Source: an uncultured Gammaproteobacteria bacterium | Lineage (GTDB): Bacteria > Patescibacteriota > Microgenomatia > UBA1406 > GWC2-37-13 | Length of the DNA stretch: 52,765 bases | Direction: 5' to 3' | NCBI GenBank assembly: GCA_964504235.1 | Contig: CAZDDM010000002.1 | Location: 1 to 52,765 of the forward strand | Shown here: positions 36,734 to 45,950 of the stretch, piece after piece | Layout of the letters: each line of letters begins with the position of its first letter | Numbering within the stretch: the stretch's first letter is position 1 | Translations under genes and position numbers: made by a program | Notes under the pieces: model-generated | Told to the model about the DNA's origin: nothing | What the model saw: the letters and a program-made list of their open reading frames with translations, nothing else | Databases searched by the model: none

Positions 36734-38479
36734 TTAGGAGCCAAACGTGAAGGCAAAAATCCGTACCCCTTCAGTTTGGAAATTCAACTGCAGAATATGA
36801 TCCTCTTTTGTATCCAGTTGTACGAGATGATACAACCGTGCCTCATCAAGCTGAACGAAACCGTTTTTGACATCGGCACCAGCCTGCTCCGTGACGGGTT
36901 TATTATCCAGAAATACTGCAATTCGGTCATCTTTGGATTGCGGTGTTATGACCAGATATACATCCTTGGCCAGAAACCGCAAGATGAGACCTGATCCCAC
37001 TTCGGCGCTTTCCGCATACTCCTCACTCAGATTCCATGTGCCGACATATGAGAATGTGCTTTGCGGCAACGATTCAGGGATTGAATAGGTCTGTTCTCCG
37101 GCCTTCGGTTGTTCGGGTCCCGCAAAGTACTCAATCCTTCCGAGGCCGAGGTACGTTTCCGGTGTCTGTAACCCTGACGGCGTTTTTTCATCGACGGGAA
37201 GAAGTTCTTTTTCTCCTTTTATGCCGGCCTCTTTTAAAAGTTTTTGAATATTATCCTCTGTCACATCGTACTCCCCTTCTCCGAAATGCGTATATCTGAT
37301 GACTCCTTCGGCATCGATCAGGTATTTTGCCGGCCAGTAGTGATTGTCATATGCACGCCACGTCCTGAAATCATTATCCTGTGCAACAGGATAGTTAATC
37401 CCGTATTCCGTTATCGCCTCCTCGACATTCTCGGTCTTTTTCTCAAACTCAAATTCCGGTGAGTGTACACCGATCACAATGAAGCCGTCGTCTTTGTATT
37501 TTTCATACCAGCCGGTGACATACGGAAGCGTTCGGATACAGTTTATACAGGTATATGTCCAGAAGTCGATCAGTACTACTTTCCCCTTGAGGTCTTCCAT
37601 TGAAAGCTCACGATCAGTATTGAGCCAGTTGGTAATTCCGACAAAGTCCGGTGCGGTCTGCAGCTTCGGCAATCCACTTCGATCTTCCGCTTCCGGAAAC
37701 GGCATCGGAATATCGGATTTCGTCTCACTGCCGCGGAGCCTGTCTAGCTGCTTTGTCACGGCATCATTACTTTCAAGTTCGGTCAAAAATGTCGAATATG
37801 AAGGAATTGCGTTCAGAAGTGATGCCTGCAGCCGGCGATCATACCCGGTTGCAATAAGAATCGCAGTTATTATCATGATTACCCCGAAAACCTTCTGAAT
37901 AGTGCCGGTATGAGCGCTTACGCCGCACATTTTTGCAAATATTTTCTGTCCTGACAATGCAAAAATAAAAAGAGGGATGGCAACACCGATCATATAGGCA
38001 ATCATTACAAAAACGACTTCTGCATTTACGGATCGTGTTGCTGACAGTGTTGCGATTGTCGCAAGGATGGGGCCGGCACAGGGGGTCCAAACAATCCCCA
38101 ATGATAATCCGGTGATAAAGCCGCTTCCGAATCCGGAAGATTGCTGATTTCCCTTCGGACCGATTTTGCTGCTCAATTTTGAAACGGATCCTTCGATGAT
38201 TCCTCCGAGCTGCGGGATGATAAGTGTTGCACCTAAGAATCCGATAATTATGACAGAAACGTATCTCAGCCATTCCGGATCAAACGGAATGATACTGATG
38301 ATATATGCAATACTAAGTGTCAGAATAGAAAAACTTGTCACTACACCAAGTGTTATGCCGAGCGGTTTTTTGTGTCCTCCGGTTGCGGCAGATGAAAGCA
38401 CGATGGGTAAAATCGGCCAGATACAGGGTGCTGCAATGGTGACCAGTCCTGATATGAATGCGAATAGAATAAGTATCAT
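36734..38479 (-). CDS. DipZ-like fusion: CcdA/DsbD transmembrane domain + TlpA/ResA-like thioredoxin domain + C-terminal domain
   Basis: 'AAPCIWPILP' and 'WTPCAGPIL' in the TM core. 'FWTYTCINCIRTLP' is the CxxC thioredoxin motif. Confidence 0.85.
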   Translation of the reverse strand: MILILFAFISGLVTIAAPCIWPILPIVLSSAATGGHKKPLGITLGVVTSFSILTLSIAYIISIIPFDPEWLRYVSVIIIGFLGATLIIPQLGGIIEGSVSKLSSKIGPKGNQQSSGFGSGFITGLSLGIVWTPCAGPILATIATLSATRSVNAEVVFVMIAYMIGVAIPLFIFALSGQKIFAKMCGVSAHTGTIQKVFGVIMIITAILIATGYDRRLQASLLNAIPSYSTFLTELESNDAVTKQLDRLRGSETKSDIPMPFPEAEDRSGLPKLQTAPDFVGITNWLNTDRELSMEDLKGKVVLIDFWTYTCINCIRTLPYVTGWYEKYKDDGFIVIGVHSPEFEFEKKTENVEEAITEYGINYPVAQDNDFRTWRAYDNHYWPAKYLIDAEGVIRYTHFGEGEYDVTEDNIQKLLKEAGIKGEKELLPVDEKTPSGLQTPETYLGLGRIEYFAGPEQPKAGEQTYSIPESLPQSTFSYVGTWNLSEEYAESAEVGSGLILRFLAKDVYLVITPQSKDDRIAVFLDNKPVTEQAGADVKNGFVQLDEARLYHLVQLDTKEDHILQLNFQTEGVRIFAFTFGS

Positions 38480-38540
38480 TGTGATATACTGTAAATTGCT
38501 AGTGGTGACGGTCCGATTTATATCGGACCGTCACTATGAC

Positions 38541-38894
38541 CTACTGTTCCATCATGCTGTCTTCCTTTGTCCTGGAATCCTCATCCTTCATCATTGATTT
38601 ATCTTCCGTTTCTGCGTCCATCATTTCATCATCCGGCTCCGTATCTTCCATCACGTTTTCGTCTTCTCGTTCCATCATCATTTTGTCGGTAACCATTTGT
38701 TTGGCATCTTCATTTGACATGACTTCCTCTACCATCATTTCTCTGGTCTGAGGATCGGTCACCATCATCTGCAGCTGCTCCTGAGTGACGGCCTCTGATG
38801 ACTGAGAGCCTCCGAGCAAGTATCCTCCGAGTCCTCCCAGAATGAGTGCGGCGATACCGACAATGAGTGTTTTTCCGTCCATATTCTTTCTCAC
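38541..38894 (-). CDS. membrane-anchored Met/Asp/Glu-rich protein
   Basis: 117 aa with one TM helix. The remaining tail has 16 Met (MM/MMM clusters) embedded in D/E. Confidence 0.65.
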   Translation of the reverse strand: MRKNMDGKTLIVGIAALILGGLGGYLLGGSQSSEAVTQEQLQMMVTDPQTREMMVEEVMSNEDAKQMVTDKMMMEREDENVMEDTEPDDEMMDAETEDKSMMKDEDSRTKEDSMMEQ

Positions 38895-38934
38895 CCCCTA
38901 ACTTCTCATAATTGTTAATAGTGACAAGCAGCCG

Positions 38935-39294
38935 TTATAAATTCATTTTCGTATATATTCCGCCGACTACTTTTGCGAGGATTCCGACAACAAGTGCGGC
39001 GACAAGCCAAATATCTAATGTATGATTGATTGTCTGCACGGTAACTCCAATCACAAGCACTGTTGTGATTGTCAGGAACGCATATCGACCCACGATAAAT
39101 CGATGAAGATTTTCCCGTTCATCAGCCGCGCGCTCTTTCCAGATAAATGCGCTAAATAGGACAAACGCAATGATGAAAAATGCCAGAATTGCCATATGAA
39201 GGGTGCTGGGCATCCAGAACATGTAAGGGTTAGCAAGAAGAATGAGCGCTGCAATAAGGGCAGCCGGTAACGCAATATCTACTGCATGTTTCAT
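38935..39294 (-). CDS. small multi-pass membrane protein downstream of XRE regulator
   Basis: 119 aa, 4 hydrophobic helices. 14-nt gap after the XRE gene. Confidence 0.65.
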   Translation of the reverse strand: MKHAVDIALPAALIAALILLANPYMFWMPSTLHMAILAFFIIAFVLFSAFIWKERAADERENLHRFIVGRYAFLTITTVLVIGVTVQTINHTLDIWLVAALVVGILAKVVGGIYTKMNL

Positions 39295-39308
39295 AGTAAA
39301 AAATGTAA

Positions 39309-39521
39309 TTAATGATCTTTGACTAGGTGAAATAGTTCCTCAACCGTTGAGTCAAAGTAATCTGCAATCTTCAGCGCCAGTGCAACTGAAGGTGTGTATC
39401 TCCCTTTTTCGATTGCAAAAATCGTCTGTCGGGTGACACCGACTGCTTCTGCAAGTTCTTGCTGTGTAATATTCAGCTCTGTCCTTTTTTCCTGAACACG
39501 ACTTTGAATGTACTCTTTCAT
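39309..39521 (-). CDS. XRE-family HTH transcriptional regulator
   Basis: 70 aa. 'LNITQQELAEAVGVTRQTIFAIEKG'. Confidence 0.85.
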   Translation of the reverse strand: MKEYIQSRVQEKRTELNITQQELAEAVGVTRQTIFAIEKGRYTPSVALALKIADYFDSTVEELFHLVKDH

Positions 39522-39665
39522 AGTAACAAGGAATTCTCCATATGTAAAGTTTACTTTACACTATTTCCCTGTCAAGTATGTGCCGATTTTTCTTGTCAAA
39601 TCCTTACTTATTCTGTACGAAATGTTGACTATTGCTTCATTTTCTCACGATACACTGTTATCCAT

Positions 39666-40118
39666 ATGAGATACCTCAGAATTGTTCTGGTTGCTTTCAC
39701 CATGTTTCTTTTTGTCTCCTTTGCTGGCATACATGCTGAAGAAATTATTACGACAGAAAAACTGATTACGGTAGACACCTCAAACCAGATGCTCTATGCT
39801 TGGGAGGACGGCAAAATAGTGAAAAGTACTTCTGTCTCCACGGGACTTTCACAAACACCCACCGTTAAGGGTACCTACAAAACCTACTGGAAACTTCCTG
39901 TGCAGAGGATGCGGGGTTATTCTTCAGTAAACGGATATTATGATCACCCCGGTGTGACTGATGTTATGTATTTTTATAAAGGGTATGCGATCCACGGAGC
40001 CTATTGGCACAACAACTTCGGTACACCCATGAGCAACGGTTGCGTGAATGTATCGCTTGGCGAAGCCGACTGGCTTTATGAATGGGCACCGGTAGGAACG
40101 AAAGTCGTTATTTATTAG
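39666..40118 (+). CDS. L,D-transpeptidase (YkuD domain)
   Basis: Start placed at MRYLRIVLVAFTMFLFVSFAG (signal peptide). Catalytic 'HGAYWHNNFGTPMSNGCVNV'. Confidence 0.85.
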   Translation: MRYLRIVLVAFTMFLFVSFAGIHAEEIITTEKLITVDTSNQMLYAWEDGKIVKSTSVSTGLSQTPTVKGTYKTYWKLPVQRMRGYSSVNGYYDHPGVTDVMYFYKGYAIHGAYWHNNFGTPMSNGCVNVSLGEADWLYEWAPVGTKVVIY

Positions 40119-41334
40119 TGTCTTCTTTATTTTGTGTCGTTACTTCAGAGGCTTCTTCTTGAGGCTGTTTCGAAAGCGAAAACTTGAAAAGAGCCAGAAC
40201 GACGATGAAACCGACTCCGATGCCGATCCAAGGGAGAAATGACAGTTGCTCTACCCAGCGGCTCTCTACTCCGTCACAGTGGTCCCCTTTTTCGTCACTG
40301 TCTTCGTCCTGCTGATTGGGATTCGGCATATCGGGACAGTTATCAGTAGCGTTAATGACGCCGTCCAGATCTGAATCTTCACAGGCATCCCCCTGATTAT
40401 TTTTATTCAAGTCAGCCTGGTCGGCATTTGCGACGCTGATGCAGTTGTCCCGGCTGTCAATAATGCCGTCTTTATCAGTGTCCGGAGGGATATATTTCGG
40501 ATTCGGTAAACGGGTAGAGTTGAATGCGACCGTCTCGAGTGTGGTTGATGTCAGGTTCAGATTGTCGAGATAAGGAATATAAGGAACATTCCCTTCAGGC
40601 ATACTGTACACTGCATAAGCTGTCTTTGGTCTTGCTACAAATCTCAGATAGTACGATTGAGCCGTCGGGTTTTGCACAAAATTCATTTCAGCGATACGGA
40701 GCGGCTGATTGTAGGTAAGAGTTATGAGAAACTCACGTGCAGTAGTTTGCGGAAAGTAAACAGTACTGCTCATGAATGCATTATTAGTAATAAATTCCCA
40801 GTTATCGTTTTGACCGTCTCTAGCCTGGATACTGATGCGTTGCGGCATGACCACATTCCGGTCAAGCACCGTGACCAGATTACTCGTTTGAATAGGTTCT
40901 TCATAGATGTAGTGCAAAGAAACAAAGGCGGAGGCACCGGTTACTGTCGGATTTTGATCAATCTGATATGTCTCAAATGTGGATGTCTCTCCGTCATGAA
41001 GCAGTGTCGCGCTGGAAGTGGAACTATAGACTGTAACGGTAACAGGAATATTTTCCGATCTTGTCACAATGGTGCGGGGCTGCAAGGTATTGGTTCCGGT
41101 ATCTATCACCATATAATCAGAAAGACGATTGGTAGAGACAGGCATTTCAATAGGTACCGGCAGAGGTTCATCTCTCGGTGCCAGATGCTGAATAAACTGA
41201 AAATTCGAAATGACACTGTCAACACTTGGTGTAGGGCTATTGTATTCATATCCGGATTGTGCCTGTAATGTTCCGGCAGCAAAAAGCAGTATTATAAAAA
41301 GTAAAGTTGTTCTCGGGTTTAAAAATGCTTTCAT
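40108..41334 (-). CDS. surface protein with thrombospondin type-3-like Ca-binding repeats and C-terminal TM anchor
   Basis: Signal peptide MKAFLNPRTTLLFIILLFAAGTLQA. 'DTDKDGIIDSRDNC...DSDLDGVINATDNCPDMPNPNQQDEDSD'. The ATG overlaps the TGA of the upstream gene (ATGA). Confidence 0.75.
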   Translation of the reverse strand: MKAFLNPRTTLLFIILLFAAGTLQAQSGYEYNSPTPSVDSVISNFQFIQHLAPRDEPLPVPIEMPVSTNRLSDYMVIDTGTNTLQPRTIVTRSENIPVTVTVYSSTSSATLLHDGETSTFETYQIDQNPTVTGASAFVSLHYIYEEPIQTSNLVTVLDRNVVMPQRISIQARDGQNDNWEFITNNAFMSSTVYFPQTTAREFLITLTYNQPLRIAEMNFVQNPTAQSYYLRFVARPKTAYAVYSMPEGNVPYIPYLDNLNLTSTTLETVAFNSTRLPNPKYIPPDTDKDGIIDSRDNCISVANADQADLNKNNQGDACEDSDLDGVINATDNCPDMPNPNQQDEDSDEKGDHCDGVESRWVEQLSFLPWIGIGVGFIVVLALFKFSLSKQPQEEASEVTTQNKEDTNK

Positions 41335-43058
41335 GCTGTTTTTTTCGTTTTGCCCATCAGTACGGATCCGATAAACAGGAGTCCGATGAGGAAAAATGTA
41401 ATAATCCGTCCGGTCAGTTCCATGCTCCATATCTCAACAACCAGGAGTCTTCCGATTACGGCAATCAAGAGACCTAAACCGAATTTTTTCAGTACGGGAC
41501 GATCCTGCAGACCGGCAATAACATAACTCGAGAGACCGATAACTGTATAGACAACCAGCGCAATGGCACGGGCCAAATACGTGATAGGAATGATTTCACT
41601 CGCAGTCCTCCAGATCAAAAGCAATCCGTAAACTGCACCTACAATTACAAGCAGGATTGAAGCGCTGTGAAGATCGCGGTCTTCTTTTCCGTCAGCGTAA
41701 TAAAAGTAGCACCCTGACAGGAATGTAGAAAGCGTGACAAAAAGCAGGATGGTAAATTCCCGGGCAAAGTGCATGTCGCTTAGACCGGCAAGTGCATTGA
41801 TTCCCAGAGCGATCGGCAGGATATGATACAGCAGCATGTACTTGGTCATGGTTGTGCCGAGAAGGCGGCTTGAGATGATCGGGAGGATGAGGGCTTCAAT
41901 AGAAAATGCAATGGTCAATGCCGGGCCGTCAAACTCAAACGCAGTCGCCACGGCAAGTAAAATCATTGAGACAACCGTGTACACCTGGACAGCCGAAGGG
42001 ATCTTCGTCCGGAGATATACCATATAAGCGCCGCCGGCGTACGCAAAAGTTGCCAGCAGAACGACAACGCTCTTATAAACCGGCATGGTCAGCGCATTGA
42101 TCCATGCAAGGCTAAAAAATCCGACAAGTGCTGCAGTCTGGAGGTCAATTGTAGTTGCTTTGCGTGATGTGATAATCGATGCAAGGGTTGAAAAATAAAA
42201 GAGACTGCAGAATGTGACGGCAAAAAAGCTGATCTCAAGAAATTCTTTCGGAGATAATGTCGTTTTCAGAGTTTCTGCAGATGATATAAAAAAGGTTACG
42301 CTATAAAGCGATATCAGAACAACAGAAAGGAATGACAGGATCTTCCATTTGCCGTATCGTGCAATCCATATATTACTTATGACCACAGCCAGCAGATATC
42401 CGTAGAGACCCATAATGCTTTTTTCTTCAGAACCGATGAGAAGCGGTGCAATTCCTCCGATACAAAGACTGAAAACTGCCAGCGACAGTACCTTGTACCT
42501 CAGACTGACAAAAGAGGTGTATATCATCGTAAGTACCATAAAAGTCAGTGCCAGCTGCGGCGGGAACATCTGATACACTTCCTGAGCGGCATATGTCGTG
42601 ATAATCACAATACCGGCTCCAAGGCCAATGAGAGTGATTCCCTGGGTTTTAAATTTCTGCATTCGTCTCTCACCAAAAAGCAGTACCAATGCTCCGGCAA
42701 TTATCCCGAATGTGATCCGTCCCGCAGGACCGATCCAGTTATTGAGAAACGCATAAGTCACAAGCCATAAGAATCCGAGAAGTATAAAAAATGCGCCGGT
42801 CTTGAGAGGCCATTCATGGGCGTACCAGGCAAAAAAATTTTCTACCGGCCCTTTCTCAGAAACAGGAAGAGTTTTTACCGGTTTTTGGACGTTTTGTACT
42901 GTAACAGAAGGCACATGCTGCGTGGCGGCTGCTTGTGTTTCGGCTTGAGATGACGATGTGACAGGATTTGTGAGCGAATCGATTTTCTTACTGAGGCTGT
43001 TGACTTTGAAAATAGCAACAAGAGACAGAATAATACTGAGGAAACCCAATAGTTCCAT
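41331..43058 (-). CDS. large polytopic membrane protein (DUF2339-like architecture)
   Basis: 575 aa. N-terminal helix plus a Ser/Thr/Gln linker, then more than 15 TM helices. Confidence 0.7.
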   Translation of the reverse strand: MELLGFLSIILSLVAIFKVNSLSKKIDSLTNPVTSSSQAETQAAATQHVPSVTVQNVQKPVKTLPVSEKGPVENFFAWYAHEWPLKTGAFFILLGFLWLVTYAFLNNWIGPAGRITFGIIAGALVLLFGERRMQKFKTQGITLIGLGAGIVIITTYAAQEVYQMFPPQLALTFMVLTMIYTSFVSLRYKVLSLAVFSLCIGGIAPLLIGSEEKSIMGLYGYLLAVVISNIWIARYGKWKILSFLSVVLISLYSVTFFISSAETLKTTLSPKEFLEISFFAVTFCSLFYFSTLASIITSRKATTIDLQTAALVGFFSLAWINALTMPVYKSVVVLLATFAYAGGAYMVYLRTKIPSAVQVYTVVSMILLAVATAFEFDGPALTIAFSIEALILPIISSRLLGTTMTKYMLLYHILPIALGINALAGLSDMHFAREFTILLFVTLSTFLSGCYFYYADGKEDRDLHSASILLVIVGAVYGLLLIWRTASEIIPITYLARAIALVVYTVIGLSSYVIAGLQDRPVLKKFGLGLLIAVIGRLLVVEIWSMELTGRIITFFLIGLLFIGSVLMGKTKKTA

Positions 43059-43109
43059 ATATATTTCAGTATATAGAACTATAAGAAGGTTATCAATCAG
43101 TTCTATCCT

Positions 43110-43685
43110 TTAGTTCGTAATTCCGCCAAGTTTTCTCATAACAGCCCGTACAATTCCGTGAATCTTCAGTTCCCGTTTCGGATAAAAAGGCGGATACATC
43201 GGATTGGCGGCTTCGAGAAAAGTTTTACCTTTTTCTTTTTTCAGGATCTTCAAGGTCCACTCATTGTCAATTTCGGCAAGTACGATATCCCCTGCCCGGA
43301 AATCTCCTTTCTGTTCGATGACGACGAGATCTCCTTCAAATATCCCGGCATTAATCATCGAATCGCCGTGTACTTTAAGCAAAAAAGAATTATCAGGTTT
43401 CTCGATAAAGTATTCATCAAGCGTGAGATAGCTTCTGCTCTGTTGTGCAAGAATCGGAAATCCTGCCTGAATCATGCCGAGGACAGGCAATGCAAAAAAA
43501 CGTTTTGTCGGTGACAGTTTTTTATTTACACGTTTGATAAACCCCTCGTCAATCAGCTGCTGGACATATTCATAGATGGTCCTTTTGGAAGCGACATTGA
43601 ATATTTTCAGCATTTCAGAGTATGACGGCAAACGCCTGTTTTTACGGTAGAAGTTTTTAAGCGGAGTTAATAAATCTTGTTCCAT
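43110..43685 (-). CDS. lexA: LexA repressor
   Basis: N-terminal wHTH 'LPSYSEMLKIFNVASKRTIYEYVQQL'. S24 peptidase 'VHGDSM' with a downstream Lys. Confidence 0.9.
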   Translation of the reverse strand: MEQDLLTPLKNFYRKNRRLPSYSEMLKIFNVASKRTIYEYVQQLIDEGFIKRVNKKLSPTKRFFALPVLGMIQAGFPILAQQSRSYLTLDEYFIEKPDNSFLLKVHGDSMINAGIFEGDLVVIEQKGDFRAGDIVLAEIDNEWTLKILKKEKGKTFLEAANPMYPPFYPKRELKIHGIVRAVMRKLGGITN

Positions 43686-43725
43686 AAGTCCATATATGAA
43701 TTTTTAACAGTTATGTATATTAGTA

Positions 43726-43745
43726 TATGAAACGATCGTTTCATA
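43726..43745. promoter_or_regulatory. candidate LexA operator (SOS box)
   Basis: Perfect 20-bp palindrome TATGAAACGATCGTTTCATA, 41-60 nt upstream of lexA. The core GAAAC-N4-GTTTC resembles the Gram-positive GAAC-N4-GTTC box. Confidence 0.5.
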
Positions 43746-43849
43746 GTCAATATGACGAAGTAGATCAAAAATGAACATGGATTTTTCTTACGTTTTCGAT
43801 GCAATATGCTGTATTAGAAAGTGTTATTTGATACAATACAACTACCTAA

Positions 43850-43938
43850 GGAGGAGTCGGATAGTGGTTTATTCCACAGACCTGGAAAGTCTGCGTCCAG
43901 CAATGGACTCGCGGGTTCGAATCCCGCCTCCTCCGCCA
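43850..43938 (+). tRNA. tRNA-Ser (anticodon GGA), CCA encoded
   Basis: Hand-folded. Acceptor GGAGGAG/CTCCTCC, anticodon arm CAGAC-CTGGAAA-GTCTG, long variable arm GTCCA-gcaa-TGGAC, T arm GCGGG-TTCGAAT-CCCGC. Confidence 0.9.
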
Positions 43939-44084
43939 TCTTCCCTATAAGGTATATTTCATACTGTGAACATCGGCATACAGATTCAGTCTTTGCCATA
44001 ACAAAAGAAGTTTGTGTAGGGATTTGAAATGGATCAGTAAATCATTTACTTAATTTTCATAATTTTCAGGTACAGTTTCAATCT

Positions 44085-44732
44085 ATGTTCCCTCTGTATG
44101 ATTCGAGTCCTCAAAAATCATTTCCGTTTATAAACTACCTGATTATTGCCGCAAATCTGTTGGTTTTTTTTCTTCAGATGTCAGCTGAGAGTTTTGACAG
44201 ATTTATTCTTCAGTATGGTTTTATACCGCAGGAATTCAGTCTGATAAATCCGGCTGCCTATTTTTATGTTTTCAGTTCTATGTTTATGCATGGCGGACTT
44301 CTGCATATCGGTTCAAACCTTTGGTTTCTGCATATTTTCGGCGATAATGTTGAGGATGAACTCGGGCATTTGAAATACCTTGTATTTTATCTTGCTGCGG
44401 GCGTTGCCGCGACCGTTGCACAGTATTTTACGGATCCTGCCAGCACGATTCCGCTTATCGGTGCGTCAGGTGCGATATCCGGTGTCACGGGCGCATATTT
44501 TATTCTTTTCCGTCAGGCACGCATCCGGACTCTGGTAACGACCGGCTTTTACATTCGTACAGTTGATTTGCCGGCAAGCTTTTTTCTCGGAGTATGGTTC
44601 TTCATTCAGCTCCTGAGCGGTTTCACCACATACGGTGCAGGAGAAGGTGGTGTTGCGTGGTTTGCCCATATCGGAGGATTTGTCTTCGGATGGGTTGCAG
44701 CAATGCTTCTCGGGAAGAAGAGTTCCGAATAA
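44085..44732 (+). CDS. rhomboid-family intramembrane serine protease
   Basis: 'GASGAISG' catalytic Ser and 'AHIGGF' catalytic His. 6 TM. Confidence 0.9.
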   Translation: MFPLYDSSPQKSFPFINYLIIAANLLVFFLQMSAESFDRFILQYGFIPQEFSLINPAAYFYVFSSMFMHGGLLHIGSNLWFLHIFGDNVEDELGHLKYLVFYLAAGVAATVAQYFTDPASTIPLIGASGAISGVTGAYFILFRQARIRTLVTTGFYIRTVDLPASFFLGVWFFIQLLSGFTTYGAGEGGVAWFAHIGGFVFGWVAAMLLGKKSSE

Positions 44733-44788
44733 TGGTATAATAGATATTCAGTCCGCCATTGCTTGTAAGTAGGCTGCGGCGGGACAAA

Positions 44789-44872
44789 GCCGGAGTGGCG
44801 GAACTGGCAGACGCGCAGGTTTTAGGAACCTGTGGGGTAACACTCGTGGAGGTTCAAGTCCTCTCTCCGGCA
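44789..44872 (+). tRNA. tRNA-Leu (anticodon TAG)
   Basis: Hand-folded. Acceptor GCCGGAG/CTCCGGC, anticodon arm CAGGT-TTTAGGA-ACCTG, long variable arm, T arm GGAGG-TTCAAGT-CCTCT. No encoded CCA. Confidence 0.9.
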
Positions 44873-44882
44873 CAGCTCGTGC

Positions 44883-45950
44883 CTATTGGGGATACATGTG
44901 AGGATTCGGTTCAATAAACTTCGTTCCTTTCTCAGCAGCTTTCAGACAATGCTTGAATTCATCATCAGGGACATAATTACAAATCTCTTTTGCTTTATCG
45001 GGCTGGACAATTCCGATGGTTCCGACTGAGCCGTCGATACAGGCAAGATGATCTTCCGGCGTACCGTAATTACAAAGGGTTGTTATCAGTTGAGGGTCTT
45101 CCATGATATCCAAAAGGTAGGCATATCCTAAACCGTAAAAACACCCGACCTCTTCATCTTTATCCTTGATGTCAAGACATTTTAGCGCAATTTCTTCACC
45201 GGTATTCTTTCCGGTCAGATACTTTACCCTATATGTATAACATGCTGCCGGGTATTCACTAGCTTCACATGGATAGAAATTTTCTTTTTTTGCATCTTCA
45301 GCTCCGTAGTATAGATCCCGTTCCATATACGCTCCTGTCGCGCACTGAAATTGTTCAACAGAGTTGTCAAAAATACTGCATATTGTCATTGCCTCCGGGA
45401 CATTGTATTCGGCGAGAAACATGGCAGCGTGACCTATACCGTGCATGCAGGATCCGGGAGGGACCGTGTGAGACTTGTTTTCCTCGCTGCAAATTTCATA
45501 CGCATCTTTTTTTAATTCCTCGAGGGTTACATGCTCCCCGCTTTCCGGCTGAAATCGTTCCATCAGTACTCCGTGAAAACAGCTTGTAGTACACCGATCA
45601 TCACAAGTATGAAAAGATTGCGCCAGATCCTGAGTACGACGATAGACTGCTTTGCCGATATTATGACCGTGAAGATGACATATCGGATTTTCTTCAATAA
45701 CATCAAGCATTGCATCAGTGCCGATCAGATCATAGTATCTTTCGATGACGGGCATGGGTATCTCTTCATAGATATTCTCCTGTACAATTTCCCTAAACTT
45801 CTGAATATCATCGTTTTCAGATTCTTCAGAAATGCCGTTTGAAAAAAAATTCATGACTACTATCAATGCAGCCGACATACACAGAAATACTGCAAAAATA
45901 AATTTCTTCGTTACTCGGTGCTTTTTTATTGGTGTAATCATGAGTTTCAT
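44883..45950 (-). CDS. hypothetical membrane-anchored Cys/His-rich repeat protein
   Basis: 355 aa with an N-terminal TM helix. Recurrent 'C-x-[HYDT]-G' helix starts: CHLHGHNIG, CFHGVLM, CMHGIGHA, CATGAYM, CFYGLGYA, CIDGSVG. Confidence 0.65.
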   Translation of the reverse strand: MKLMITPIKKHRVTKKFIFAVFLCMSAALIVVMNFFSNGISEESENDDIQKFREIVQENIYEEIPMPVIERYYDLIGTDAMLDVIEENPICHLHGHNIGKAVYRRTQDLAQSFHTCDDRCTTSCFHGVLMERFQPESGEHVTLEELKKDAYEICSEENKSHTVPPGSCMHGIGHAAMFLAEYNVPEAMTICSIFDNSVEQFQCATGAYMERDLYYGAEDAKKENFYPCEASEYPAACYTYRVKYLTGKNTGEEIALKCLDIKDKDEEVGCFYGLGYAYLLDIMEDPQLITTLCNYGTPEDHLACIDGSVGTIGIVQPDKAKEICNYVPDDEFKHCLKAAEKGTKFIEPNPHMYPQ

